58,806 nt of DNA, filler included, from Dirinaria sp. TL-2023a (GCA_051941275.1; 8 parts of 8 records of this genome joined end to end with filler, not necessarily neighbours in it); one strand, 5' to 3'; shown: positions 12,301 to 22,038, counted from the whole stretch's first letter. Program-made: numbers and translations. Notes: generated by a model not told the origin, from the sequence alone.

Positions 12301-13185
12301 AATCAGACTCTGGAACATTACTTACGAGCTTTTTGTAATGACCGACAAAGGGATTGGGCCATGCTATTGCCTCTGGCCGAATTTTCCTATAATAACAGTA
12401 TTCATGCTTCGCTGGGTTGTAGCCCTTTCTTTGCTATGTACGGGTACAATCCTCAAATCCAATATGACGCCGAGGACGACGCCAAAGAAGGAGAGGTACC
12501 CGCAGCAAAAGAAAGAATTAAAAGCATTCAAGAAATTCGCGAAGCACTGTCTACTCGTTGGGCTAACGTTGTGAAGACGCAAGTCAAATATTATAATCAG
12601 CATCATGAACCTCGACAATTTAAGGTTGGAGACTTGGTGAAACTTTCTACCAAGAATCTTAAATTGAAAAATCCAAGTAAGAAATTGTCGCCCAAATTTG
12701 CAGGGCCTTTTAGAATAAAGGAGCCTTTGGGAACGCAAGCCTACAAACTTCATTTACCTGCTGTCTATAGCCGATTACATCCTGTTTTCCATGTTTCCTA
12801 TCTGGAGCCATATCATCGTCGAGAAGGTGATGACTCTATTCCCGAATTAACTCTACCTGAATTGGTAGACGACGAGGAAGAGTATGAAGTGGAACAGATA
12901 TTGGGGAGGCAACAACGTGGGCAGGAAATCTGGTATAAGGTTAAATGGAAAGGCTGGCCCAAAGAATATGACGAGTGGATCCCTGAATCAAATATGGGAA
13001 ATACATCGGACCTAATCCGAATATACGAAGGGTCTGCGAACACTAAACGCCGACGAATCGCCAAAAGAAAGTCGGATGGTTTCTCTTCTTTCGAAAAGCA
13101 AAGCGCGTCAGCAACAAGACGTCCTAAAGAAAGAAGAGCGACAAGTGCACTGCGACGTAGCACTAGGAATAAACCAGTGAGATGA
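9244..13185 (+). CDS. pol: Pol polyprotein (protease, RT, RNase H, integrase, chromodomain), in the -1 frame relative to gag
   Basis: Motifs: FDTGAEINVVS (protease); LRLCVDYRGLN, MPFGLANAPATFQ, YLDDIL (RT); ETDSSNFALAGILSQ, TDHNNL (RNase H); HDDPLAGH...CDIC, MDFITGLP, SDRG, DGQTERQNQ (integrase); EYEVEQIL...YKVKWKGWPKEYDEW (chromodomain). Uninterrupted 1313 codons. Confidence 0.97.
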   Translation: MPGEKKSQQNTCGFRGNDKKRQGRVEESPTKRRPEVDSMKAPTQTGEVLLKEDVIFTEVTFDTGAEINVVSQHFALEHNLTEVNVELPQPKWMDGDNTHCYGAYSVHYRLTDDWGVTRDSERIFYALNKEGPPLVLGRPGLHAEGIKIDNGNLVWRFGINRNAFEVQTPEQFAMSLQAQDYVYALLIVDVAQEKPRVGAVRNDSESATSALSTVLSDFADVFSEQEAGRLPEHKATDHAIETEGPPPHGPLYNLSTNELAALRSYLDDGLAKGWIRHSTSPAGAPILFVPKKDGGLRLCVDYRGLNKVTIKNRHPLPLITETLDRLCGSKCFSKIDLRDAYHRIRIRRGDEWKTAFRTRYGHFEYLVMPFGLANAPATFQSYINKALAGLVDRFCVVYLDDILIFSESREQNVLHVREILSRLRQFQLFAKLSKCQFFTTKVEFLGFIISIDGIAMDPSRVTMIKEWPVPKSFRDVQVFLGFANFYRRFIHEYSRIASPLTGLLQGSQSGVKHEPFEWPVEAERAFIHLRDAFTTAPILLHFDPNLKSRMETDSSNFALAGILSQLQESGRWHPIAFWSRKMTPAERRYETYDQELLAIVMAFKQWRHYVEGSVFPVEVLTDHNNLRGFMNVKELNPRQARWAMKLASYDFVIQHRSRKTNSADAPSRRSDYEESKAEMKPLLPTLQSKLSMLGMLLEKGTPLLRKACLNASPQLRLGKSQSRAATLESSSSEMPTYTHCGSVLLSKSAGTIGCKQFVPRVVVAELTTRETVYDPTSNSIVEVIKALQQDDSLVQRYKNPNSRQRRSGHTGKAQGWRFDSDDVLRHKEAVYVPNESSIREELLKRYHDDPLAGHFGVQKTYELLGRKFFWHGMINDVKAYVNTCDICQHIKVPRHKPYGELTSLPQPKGPWQEITMDFITGLPPSKHHGQIYDACLVVVDRYTKMSMYIPTTKKVTAVQLAEIFWEKIIPRYGTPKGIVSDRGSVFTSAFWSEICYYSNIKRRLSTAFHPQTDGQTERQNQTLEHYLRAFCNDRQRDWAMLLPLAEFSYNNSIHASLGCSPFFAMYGYNPQIQYDAEDDAKEGEVPAAKERIKSIQEIREALSTRWANVVKTQVKYYNQHHEPRQFKVGDLVKLSTKNLKLKNPSKKLSPKFAGPFRIKEPLGTQAYKLHLPAVYSRLHPVFHVSYLEPYHRREGDDSIPELTLPELVDDEEEYEVEQILGRQQRGQEIWYKVKWKGWPKEYDEWIPESNMGNTSDLIRIYEGSANTKRRRIAKRKSDGFSSFEKQSASATRRPKERRATSALRRSTRNKPVR
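9298..9356 (+). promoter_or_regulatory. -1 programmed ribosomal frameshift signal (slippery heptamer plus predicted pseudoknot)
   Basis: A_AAA_AAC at 9298-9304 is in the gag frame, followed by a 5-nt spacer. GGCCGT (9310-9315) pairs with ACGGCC (9339-9344), and loop GAGTCG (9322-9327) pairs with CGACTC (9351-9356). Confidence 0.8.
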
Positions 13186-13225
13186 TCATGGATTACCTAC
13201 TATCCGAACTACCCTTGCTAGGAGC

Positions 13226-14665
13226 CTAATTCTCGCCGGAATAATAAGGCGAGGTCGACTTGGTGGATTCCGAAGAGATATCAATAGTAGGAGAGCGTAC
13301 CTTTACCTTTTTAACCGGTACTTTGGTCCTCTTACGAGGAGGTATTTCCTCCTCGTCCTCGTCCTCTTTCTCTTCATCGCCCCGGTTCACATCGCTAGTC
13401 CCATTAGCTCCCTCGTCACCAATTCCATTATCATCATCCTGGCTATCCTCATCAATATCATCTGACCCATCTTCGCCATCCCCGCGATTTCCATCAGCGG
13501 CACGCTGGCGATCTAATTTCGCCTTTATAGCTGCACGCTTTATTGAAGCCCGTAGGCTTAGCTTCGTAGGGGTTAATGGATAATCCGGGCGTTTCAGGTC
13601 GTCTTCAGTTAAAAGAGACTAAACAAAACGTTCCGATAAACAGTATTAGCGACGAAGCGGCGACGGGAAGTAGCCGAAGGGAAGACAACACTTACGTTGA
13701 TCCTACTAATAGTGGCAACCCCCTCTACCGCGTTTGCTACACGACGAATCTCCTCCAGCAACAATAACCCTATGTCCAGTGTAGTCTTTGGCTGAGACTT
13801 TGGGGCTTTTACCTTGTGACCTTTTTTCGACTCAGAGATCATGAAAAGGGTCAATTCCTTGTTTGTAAGGAGCGATAGCTCCTTTAGCTCTTCGTATTCG
13901 CCTCTCTTGGTAAACTTCGGGAGCTCCTCAGTCTCTTCAAAATACCCCAACTTACGCATCCCTGCCAATAAAACATTGGCTTTGTCAAAGAATTCTACAG
14001 GTACCTATGGCCCAAGAGTCAGTATGTCGCAAACATGTCGCATAGCTGGCGAGCAATGGGGTAGTCCTTACCTTCTCGCAAGGTTTATTCAAGCTGCTAC
14101 ATAGAGAGCAACGCTTGCCTGATACATCACAGGGCGTGGGCAAATCGGGAATACGTTTCAAGCATTTGATACAGATAGGCTCGTCCAGTGTAAGCCATGG
14201 CTTATATGGCTGTTTAGCCGTCTGTTTAGCGCCAAGTTAGCGACAACTTGTCGAAGGGGCTGAGACTTCTTACATCCATCGGGGTATCTGCGATTTCTTG
14301 ACCCTGGTCACCTTCACCTAATCCTCCGGTCATCTGTGGGATAGTTGAAGAGGGATCTGCTCTATCCTGGCGACCATTCGTCTCCTGGGTGCCTCTGCCC
14401 TGTCCAACTGATGTCTTTGGAGTAGCTATGGTATCCTTGGATACTGATTTTGTAGGAGCCGAAGAGGCGAGGGTACGACGATTGCTAGGAGTCGGGGTAG
14501 ACTTGGTTGAGTCTTCTGGAAGTTGTTCTTTGGACACTTTGTCCCTAGTACGTCCTTCCTTCAGCGCAGCATGAAGCTGCTCCCCAAAGGTAAGAACCGG
14601 TCCTGAATTCTCTCCGGCGCCGTCATGTATCTCATCGTTCGCTGCTCCATCTCCTTTACCACCTG
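13226..14665 (-). CDS. Spliced antisense gene: Cys6 zinc-cluster-like, acidic, NLS-bearing protein (5' end off contig)
   Basis: Exons >14665-14274, 14221-14072, 14004-13696 and 13618-13226 join in frame through three phase-0 GT-AG introns (52, 67, 77 nt) with CTAAC/CTGAC/CTAAT branch points. Exon 2 encodes CIKCLKRIPDLPTPCDVSGKRCSLCSSLNKPC. Exon 4 has a D/E-rich tract and PPRKRTKV. Confidence 0.82.
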
Positions 14666-15556
14666 NNNNNNNNNNNNNNNNNNNNNNNNNNNNNNNNNNN
14701 NNNNNNNNNTTAATTAATTAANNNNNNNNNNNNNNNNNNNNNNNNNNNNNNNNNNNNNNNNNNNNTGGGCCTTTGGTGCAGACCCAGCGTTAGATTAACT
14801 CTCTCCATAGTTTAAATACGATTTCGAAAAGGTCCCCCGTGCACTCATGAATGATGAAATCAGGATCTCAGACGATTAGAACGCTAGAAATGAAGCTAGA
14901 GAGTGGGGATGGTCAATGATAAGAGCCTAGCGGCGTCATATCGAAGTAGAATCATCATATGAGAATAACTTAACGATGCCGTGCCTAATCATGGCTTACT
15001 AGTGAGGCTCGCCCGGGAAGGGAGTAACCGTGGGTGGCCGACTAGAGGTCGATCTTGGTAGATGGCACATCCTACCTAGAAGTCAACCTTAGATGGCTTA
15101 AATCGACATGTCTGAAGTTGGCTTCTACTGGACGAACTCACCCGTGCCTATCGCAAAGTCCCTGCGTAAGCCAACCACCAACCGACGCGCCCTCTTTACC
15201 CACGTTCAGTAAAACAAAGCTCCCATTGGCGCCTAGGAAAGGCAGAATGTCCATGAACGCCCGGTTTGTGTGCAGCCCACCTACAGGGTAGCGCAGTTGG
15301 TCGATATTGTCGATATTGGAAGCGATTCGCACAACCCCATTGCTGCACTGGATCAGCCCAGTCTTCCCATCATTCAAAGTCCTGGGCAATGCAAAGCCAT
15401 TGATCCATGGAGGGCTCCCTCAAAGTTTCAGCAATAGAGCTGGCGATAGACGCGTAGGATCCAAAAATCGTCTCGACAGCCACGTTCACAGAACTTTCCG
15501 ATTAGAGATGGTTTCAGATCACTGTTGTAAGATGGGAGCCACTGGCGTCACACCAC

Positions 15557-15829
15557 CCTGTTCTGCTGACACCCCACCCACACCACCCCCCCCACACTAC
15601 TCGATTTCTCACAATGTCTCTCATCACTTTTTGCTAACATCTTTACCTCTGAACGATTCGTTTTTTCGACGACAGCTTTTTCGTGCATGATGAGTGAGTT
15701 CGTCGTCACTTCGTGAACAGTCAATGCTTGAAGCTTGCAGCTTATCAGAGCAGAGAAAATGGACCTTGACTGCGGCATCAAAGTTGTCGAATGCCGTGCT
15801 GGGAATGGTGGCGTGTCAGTAGAGCAAGG
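15557..15829. mobile_element. Small non-coding element with imperfect ~22-bp terminal inverted repeats (MITE-like)
   Basis: Left end cctgttctgctgacaccccacc vs reverse complement of right end cttgctctactgacacgccacc; the interior is partly CC/GG-poor. Confidence 0.4.
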
Positions 15830-15975
15830 CAAGGCAGAGCGATATGGCGCTTGTAGAATCCTTTAAGATACAGGCATACAGTAGTAGTGTAGATGGCGGA
15901 TTCAGATCGTTTGAGCGACGATTTCAGATGGCGAACTTATCTAAGAGGATCATCTCAGATTGGCGCACTGTTTTC

Positions 15976-16100
15976 ACCTACCTAATTTGTTGTCAGGGTT
16001 AGGGTTTACCCCCATCAAAATTCTTCCAACACTACCTTACTTGACCCCTAAAAGTTTTTGGTGGTAGTAACCCTAACCTTGACAACAAAGTAAGGTAGGT
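15976..16100. repeat. ~125-bp foldback element with ~50-bp imperfect inverted arms
   Basis: acctacctaatttgttgtcagggttagggtttacccccatcaaaa vs reverse complement of tttttggtggtagtaaccctaaccttgacaacaaagtaaggtaggt. The sequence tgacaacaaagtaaggta is also directly repeated at 16106-16123. Confidence 0.65.
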
Positions 16101-16829
16101 AGATCTGACAACAAAGTAAGGTACCTTAGGTAAGAACGAGTGACAACTTAAAAGACGTGAGCGCACACGTGATTTTCGAAGAGACGAACTCCATGATCCA
16201 GCTACCATAGGCCCATGTTTCGTATCGCAAGGTACCGCACAGTTCTACTCTTTCCCCCCAAAAATAGTACAATACAGAAAAAAAATTTTTCCCCCTTACC
16301 TTAATTTTTACCATCCCATTACCCTCAGGTAGATACCTAACATGAGGTAGGATTGACAAGTCAGTAATTCGAGCTTCAGTATCGGGTTCGCCGAACTCAA
16401 GATAGGGAGACGTTGTTCATTTTCGATCCCCTATATGCATGTATGACTTTTTGTGGATGACATACCGGGAAATGATAGATGGCAGATCGTAGCGAGGAAA
16501 AAAGGCAGTGGATGTTAAGGAAATGAGATCTTACCCATGTTCGTAGTTTTTAGTTGAATACAGAAGGCAAGTTACCTAAGGTAGGTGTGGTGGAGGGTCC
16601 TCCATCCTTAGAAAATCGGGGTTTAGTTGGGTCTTAGTGAGAGGGCGTATACGGAAAGTGGACCTTATGTAGGCGTGTTGGATTAAAATTGAGAGTGTAA
16701 AGGAGTAATTACCAGGAACTACCGTGACTTTGATTGTATGGAATATGACGCCGAAAGCAATGCTAAGACTGGTTCCAATCTATCAAATACTGATGACAAA
16801 GTGAGAACGTTTTCACCCTCGTTTCCCCC

Positions 16830-17699
16830 TTACCCAAAAACCAATGCCCGCACCTCAATGCTTTCCCTTGGCTTCGCTCCCTCCCCGCTCCTCGGGTCCA
16901 CGAATGCGCTGTGCGGCACTCTGCCCTTGGGATTCTCGCTGTCGTAACACTCGAGCAGGATTCTCTCGCTGTCATCGATTCCACTCCAATAGCACCACCG
17001 TTGGCCGTCCGTATGCTTCACCGCGGCCGTCTCGCCCGTTCGGTCGGGATACCTGTGCTCGATGCCCACAAGCGCCTCATCGGGCACGGTGGCGCTGTCG
17101 GCGAAGCCTAGCGGGAAAGACTCAACAGCACCGTTGATCGGACGCCAGACGTTGATGATGCGGTAGCGCGACCGAAGCAGCTCGTCGGCTTCGGCGGGAA
17201 GGTGGTGCCGGATGCGAGCCGCGGCCGAAGAGGGGGTTTGGTCGATGTGCGCGCGGGTCACAGGAGCGCGGTGAGCATTGGGGCTGGCACGACGGACAGT
17301 ATGGTCGAAGAGGAAGATGCGCTTGGCGCCGGGGACGTGGTCGAGAAGCAGCTGCTCGACTTCTGGGTAGTAGTTTTGCTTGACGCTGGCATCGTCCGTG
17401 AAATCCTTCTCGGCGGACGGAGGGATGTTGGTCAGCGCTGCGAAGGCGCTGCGATCGAGATTGTACTCGGTTTCGTGACCACGGATGTCGTTGACTGTGA
17501 CTTCGATACTCGTGTCCGAAAAGTTACGCTGAGGCTGGCCTTCGGGGGGTTTCTCAACGTAGTTGAAAGGTTTCGAGCCGTCTTCAGGAGGTGTGTAGAA
17601 GTTGAATGTGGCGGGCACTGGGCCGCGGTGAACACCATCGGATGATGTAACGGTGATAGTAGATGCCGTGTTAGTGGCTGTTTGGGTGTTTGTCGTCAT
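16830..17699 (-). CDS. CmcJ/NvfI/AsaB-like (GA4-desaturase-like) oxidoreductase, often annotated as a methyltransferase-like protein
   Basis: Motifs YYPEVEQLL, FDHTVRR, HIDQT, RIINVWRPI, PHSAF and RESIEVRALVF. ATG 17699 (MTTNTQ) is a more likely start than the upstream TTG. Confidence 0.85.
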   Translation of the reverse strand: MTTNTQTATNTASTITVTSSDGVHRGPVPATFNFYTPPEDGSKPFNYVEKPPEGQPQRNFSDTSIEVTVNDIRGHETEYNLDRSAFAALTNIPPSAEKDFTDDASVKQNYYPEVEQLLLDHVPGAKRIFLFDHTVRRASPNAHRAPVTRAHIDQTPSSAAARIRHHLPAEADELLRSRYRIINVWRPINGAVESFPLGFADSATVPDEALVGIEHRYPDRTGETAAVKHTDGQRWCYWSGIDDSERILLECYDSENPKGRVPHSAFVDPRSGEGAKPRESIEVRALVFG

Positions 17700-18466
17700 G
17701 GTGAGATTTGCAGTCTCAATTAAAGGTATTCTTGATAACCGTGCGTGATCGGCTTTGATTATTGTGAAAGAGTCCCGGTGTCTTAATGACGAAGATGCAG
17801 GTGCTTGTATATATTCTGGCTCTGTAAGGTTGAGAGCCAATTGACAGTGGTGTACAGAAACTGAAGAAACAGATTGAGGTCTACAAAGAGATGGGTGGTT
17901 CTATTAAATATTCACAGAAAGAGAACTCGTGAACGTTACCCATTTCTAATCGCATCTCGCACGTCATCCAGTGCTTACATACGGTACATACAGCGGTTAC
18001 ATGATAGTCTGGCCCGCCAAAGACCTTAGACCACTCATGCGAACCGTTAAGCCGCGCTAACCGAGGATGGCGTGTTCTCGGGAATAGGGTACAGCCAGTG
18101 GGAATAAGGAAACTAATCATAAGGTACGTGAAGTAAAGTAAAAAGTAGCTGCATTATTAAAGTATCGATATGAGTAATCAAAGCCCCAGATGCGTCGCTT
18201 TAGTAATCTGATGAGTAATTGACCAATGAGGAAAACGGCTACTCCGCGATTCGGATCGGGGTAAAAGCTATCTTAGGGTGAACGACGATAGATGGATTCG
18301 AATAATAATGAACCGGAAGCTTGTCTAAGGTATTATTTTCCGATGGACTACCTACGCAAACGCCAGACTTGGGGTATCTCGAGCAAGAATTACAGCAAGA
18401 ACGCTCCCACTTCGCTCCCACTTCGCTCCCTGTCCGTCGTGTCTCGTATAAAGGTTCTAGAAACGC

Positions 18467-20347
18467 TCACTCTTGCTCCTCATGGTCCTCGTCCTCGGTC
18501 AAGGCGAGGCCGAATGAGTTCGTCGTTTTGACACTGCCTTCTTCCTTGCCCCATTTCCCCTTTCCATCCCCGAAAACCTCGTCCTCTGTTTTCTTGCACA
18601 CCTCGCCCCAGCTCATCCACGTCTCATGGTCTGTCCATACTCCACCCCGTCCCCCGCGCATATCCCACCATGCCTGCCCACCTTCGGCTGCGGCTTGGGC
18701 TGCCACTGATCCCTCCGGTGACCGTATGAAGCGCCGGAGAAGGGCGCGGGCGTGAGGATGGAACCACATCAACGGCCACCAGGTGTCGAGTGGGGACTTA
18801 TCGCCATTGATGTGTAGCAAAGTTGGAATTGACGATGCAAACAGGTTTGTTGCGAGAGGTACCTCTTCCCAGGACGGCTCTGTGCCGAGAGTATCAAGCC
18901 TAGGAGAGAACGGGAGTAGAATACTGTCCACAGGACCATTGGTGGGACTCCCGGGAGAAGCATACCAGAACGGATCCTCTGCCCGCTGTAAATCCGGTGG
19001 TAGTGAGAACGGTATGGAATGTAGTGATGGATGTTTCTCTTGGATACCTGCAAGCGTGCTGCTGTTGTTGTATGTCACGAAAGCGATATCATCCCAGGAG
19101 TGGGTCACCGTCTGGAATAGCTCAGATCTGTAATCAAGACCCAGGGAGTATTCGTAAATCCGTCCAGGCACTGCGGTCATATTGTGTATGGTGTGGTTGC
19201 TCGCCAATGGCGAATCCGAAGCCCCTAGAGCATTCGAAATCCAGTCTAGCCAGCGACCACCCGTACCCTGAGCAGCTTGCCGACGGGTCTCGCGTTGAAA
19301 TTCTTGCTCACCAAAAATTTCAGCAAAGACGAATTGATCGCCAATGGCGCCTCGACCTTCCTCTTCAACCTTCTTGACTGCATTTTCGTAAATGGCGCGA
19401 ACGTCTTTGACCGGCCCGATTATCGTGCCAGAGTTGAGGAACCTAGGACGTTGTAAAAACGAAGCTGGATCTTTATCGGTTTCCGGCCCATAAATGTCCT
19501 TCGGCAGTGTCGAGTACGGCACAGCCGCACATGCCGGATCTTCGGCTGCATTTGGCCAACATATTTTGTCCGCGGCGAATATCACTGACTGAGTGTACTT
19601 CTGTACTCGCTCTTTGGGCAGTGAGCCATCGGGCTTATCCTTCATTACCATACCGTACCTCCGGCGTAGGCGGTCATTAGCCTCTTCAACCACACTGTGA
19701 TATCTCTCGAGCATGATAGCTGGAGGAAGCTGGAACCACACATCATACCCGTCAATGATCAGGACTATATCGTCGTCGTTGACTTTCGCTCCACCTCTAA
19801 GGTAATCGTATACACCACGAATCTTCCCAGCATGTGTCCCATTATCCCATCCTGAGCCTTCAAAGACCTTCCCATAATTGATGAGTGTGGGCGATGGGTA
19901 GCCGAGCACAAATGAGGACAGAAGAGTTTTGCAAAGCTTAGGATTACTTCGGGACGCAGGTATGAGTAGGTGGAATGACGGTCTGGTCTTCGGAATGGCG
20001 CTTGCCGCCGTGATGTTTAAAATCTCCTGCGCATGCTGATCACGTACTGGCGCTTCGCCAATTTGCTGCGGCGCGTATGAGAGAGCCGTTTGAGGCCTTG
20101 ATTGATACGCAGCAGTGTTGAATTCAGCTGAAGCCTGCACAATTCTTAGAAAAGAGTATAGCAAGCATGGAGAGAATATGCTTACTCCCGCAGAAGTCCT
20201 CCAAGTCAAGAGCAGAACGAGTGATGCAGCTACCACGGCAAGGAAAGTGGTTCTTGTACGACGAGCTCGAGTAACGCGTAAGAACAGAGGGAGAGACTGC
20301 TTTCGCCTGGGTTCGGTAATGCTGTCGAAGGCATCGTACAAGGCCAT
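18467..20347 (-). CDS. Type II membrane glycosyltransferase-like protein (PLOD-GT-like), conserved fungal family
   Basis: N-terminal TM (FLAVVAASLVLLLTW), a probable in-frame intron after it (gtaagc...tgcag), and motifs DDDIVLIIDGYDVWFQLP, IFAADKICWPN, RFLNSGTIIGP, DQFVFAEIFGEQE, LLHING. Confidence 0.7.
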   Translation of the reverse strand: MALYDAFDSITEPRRKQSLPLFLRVTRARRTRTTFLAVVAASLVLLLTWRTSAGVSIFSPCLLYSFLRIVQASAEFNTAAYQSRPQTALSYAPQQIGEAPVRDQHAQEILNITAASAIPKTRPSFHLLIPASRSNPKLCKTLLSSFVLGYPSPTLINYGKVFEGSGWDNGTHAGKIRGVYDYLRGGAKVNDDDIVLIIDGYDVWFQLPPAIMLERYHSVVEEANDRLRRRYGMVMKDKPDGSLPKERVQKYTQSVIFAADKICWPNAAEDPACAAVPYSTLPKDIYGPETDKDPASFLQRPRFLNSGTIIGPVKDVRAIYENAVKKVEEEGRGAIGDQFVFAEIFGEQEFQRETRRQAAQGTGGRWLDWISNALGASDSPLASNHTIHNMTAVPGRIYEYSLGLDYRSELFQTVTHSWDDIAFVTYNNSSTLAGIQEKHPSLHSIPFSLPPDLQRAEDPFWYASPGSPTNGPVDSILLPFSPRLDTLGTEPSWEEVPLATNLFASSIPTLLHINGDKSPLDTWWPLMWFHPHARALLRRFIRSPEGSVAAQAAAEGGQAWWDMRGGRGGVWTDHETWMSWGEVCKKTEDEVFGDGKGKWGKEEGSVKTTNSFGLALTEDEDHEEQE

Positions 20348-21327
20348 AGTCAATCAGCAGCCAGATAGTGTCTGATGCTTGGCCCAGTACGAACGCCTTG
20401 GATCGAGCGGCGGAAATAGCGACGCAAGGGGTCGTTGAGCGAGAGGATTGCTGGAGGAAGAGGTTGGGACGGCTACGTCATTCCCTGCATTGCACGGCGT
20501 GTTAGGGAATGTTGATGTTGTCGCAGGATCCGAAACCTGGGAAAAAAGAAAAGTCCACGAGGGAATTACATGTAAATAATGAGCGACGGTTGAGAAGAGA
20601 AAACGAATGACAGAAAGACGGGTGAGGTATCCGACTTTGCAGAGGCTTTAGGCTTTTTGCATGTGCGCCGGTGAAGTCCAACTCTTTACAAGTAACTAGT
20701 AAGAGGACTTAGAAATCAAATGCTTGACGCGGGCCGTCAGACCCGGCAATACGATCCTTCCTTACCTTAGCGACTGACCGAAAGCTTACCTACTGGAAAT
20801 AGGTGTACTCTGACTTTACCTTGGTTAGGTAAGGTAAGATAAAGTAGGGTAGGATGCCCTCCTAGGATAAATGCTCTACCGAACCGCTACAACCGCGTAT
20901 CGCCGACCCCTCGGACCTCGGACCAGACACGACTGGTACTCAGGTCCACGATATGGAATAGCTCCATACTTTTACCATACCTTACTCCTTGCGTCCCTAG
21001 CAGCAGCATTCAGACACCCACTCAATGTCATCATTCACGAGCTTGAGCCGAAGTAAGTCATGGCCAAATCTTTGAAATATCTTATGCTCTGGATAAGGTA
21101 CCAGTCTACATATGTACTACATTATTAATCGTCCCGGGCCTGGTTCAGAAATGACAGAACTCCAGCGCTTATGCTACCCTGCGTGCTTCCTTCGTGAATG
21201 CTCGAGCTGGTGACCTTTTCTTAGGTACCTTACCATATGCTGGAATGTTATGCAGTCATAAGGTCAATCAGATGCCAAGAATGGCGCCCCGCTGCGTCCT
21301 CGACGTGCTCCTGCATGTGCAAGCGGA

Positions 21328-22038
21328 TTACAACCAGACAATGAAGCCAAGCATGACGCCAATGAGCCCTAACCCCATTCCAGCAACCTCTTTGCCTCCC
21401 GTCACGGTGCCGCCTCCGGTTGCTGAGGCCGAAGCCGAGGCCGTCGCCGTCGAACTGCCCTTCGAGGATGCGGTAGCGGCAGGAGCCAGTGTCTGCCCAA
21501 GGCTCGGTAGCTTCGCGTTACCATTGACCAGCCACCCGCTCGCGGTGGACGTAGGACATGCTGGTGGCGAAAGCTTGCCCGTCGACGCAGTGTATGCCGA
21601 TAGCTTGACGCCGGTGGGGGTCAATGTAGACCAGTGGTTCTGCAGATTGGTGTAGTCTGGCGAGACTGGGGACGGTGTGCCTGAGCGAGGGTACCCACCC
21701 ACAGCGGCCGTGTCTGACGCAGCGACCTTGGGACCGTAACTGATAAGACCGTAGTTGTTGGCCTCTTCAATCCACTCGTATACTATCGCACCAGACCATG
21801 TATTGGCCATGTCTGATCCGAAGATTGAAGCTTGGTCGTCGAAGCTCCTGGGCATTGGCTTATTACAGCCAGTCTCTGAAATGAAGATGGGAATGTTATA
21901 GCCCGTCGCGTTCTGCTCAAGCATGGAGTAGCCAGAGCCCTCGTAGCTCGATGCTCCGCACCACTCGTACACATTGAGGGAGTAGAAATCAGCATTGATA
22001 CTTGGGTCGTCGCCGCAGGCCAGATAGTTTTGGAGCAT
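21328..22038 (-). CDS. GH72 1,3-beta-glucanosyltransferase (Gel/Gas family), GPI-anchored, C-terminal part (5' truncated by contig end)
   Basis: Motifs DFYSLNVYEWCG, PIFISETGCN, WSGAIVYEWIEEANNYGL, then a Ser/Thr/Ala-rich stalk and hydrophobic GPI signal. No X8 domain. Confidence 0.92.
   Translation of the reverse strand: MLQNYLACGDDPSINADFYSLNVYEWCGASSYEGSGYSMLEQNATGYNIPIFISETGCNKPMPRSFDDQASIFGSDMANTWSGAIVYEWIEEANNYGLISYGPKVAASDTAAVGGYPRSGTPSPVSPDYTNLQNHWSTLTPTGVKLSAYTASTGKLSPPACPTSTASGWLVNGNAKLPSLGQTLAPAATASSKGSSTATASASASATGGGTVTGGKEVAGMGLGLIGVMLGFIVWL

Larger units (their letters stand above)
7645..14665 (+). mobile_element. Ty3/Gypsy chromovirus LTR retrotransposon with intact gag-pol; 3' end (3' LTR) not on this contig
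   Basis: LINE homology stops abruptly at TGTCA (7645), followed by an LTR-like region, gag with a CCHC knuckle, and pol in PR-RT-RH-IN-chromodomain order. No LTR copy is seen between the pol stop and the contig end. Confidence 0.9.

Noticed and set aside
14766..15400. Start of contig 3 as the 3' LTR of the Gypsy element, or as an identifiable gene (ORF 15138-15389)
   Set aside because: No similarity to 7645-7940, it lies across a spacer, and the ORF has no recognisable motif.
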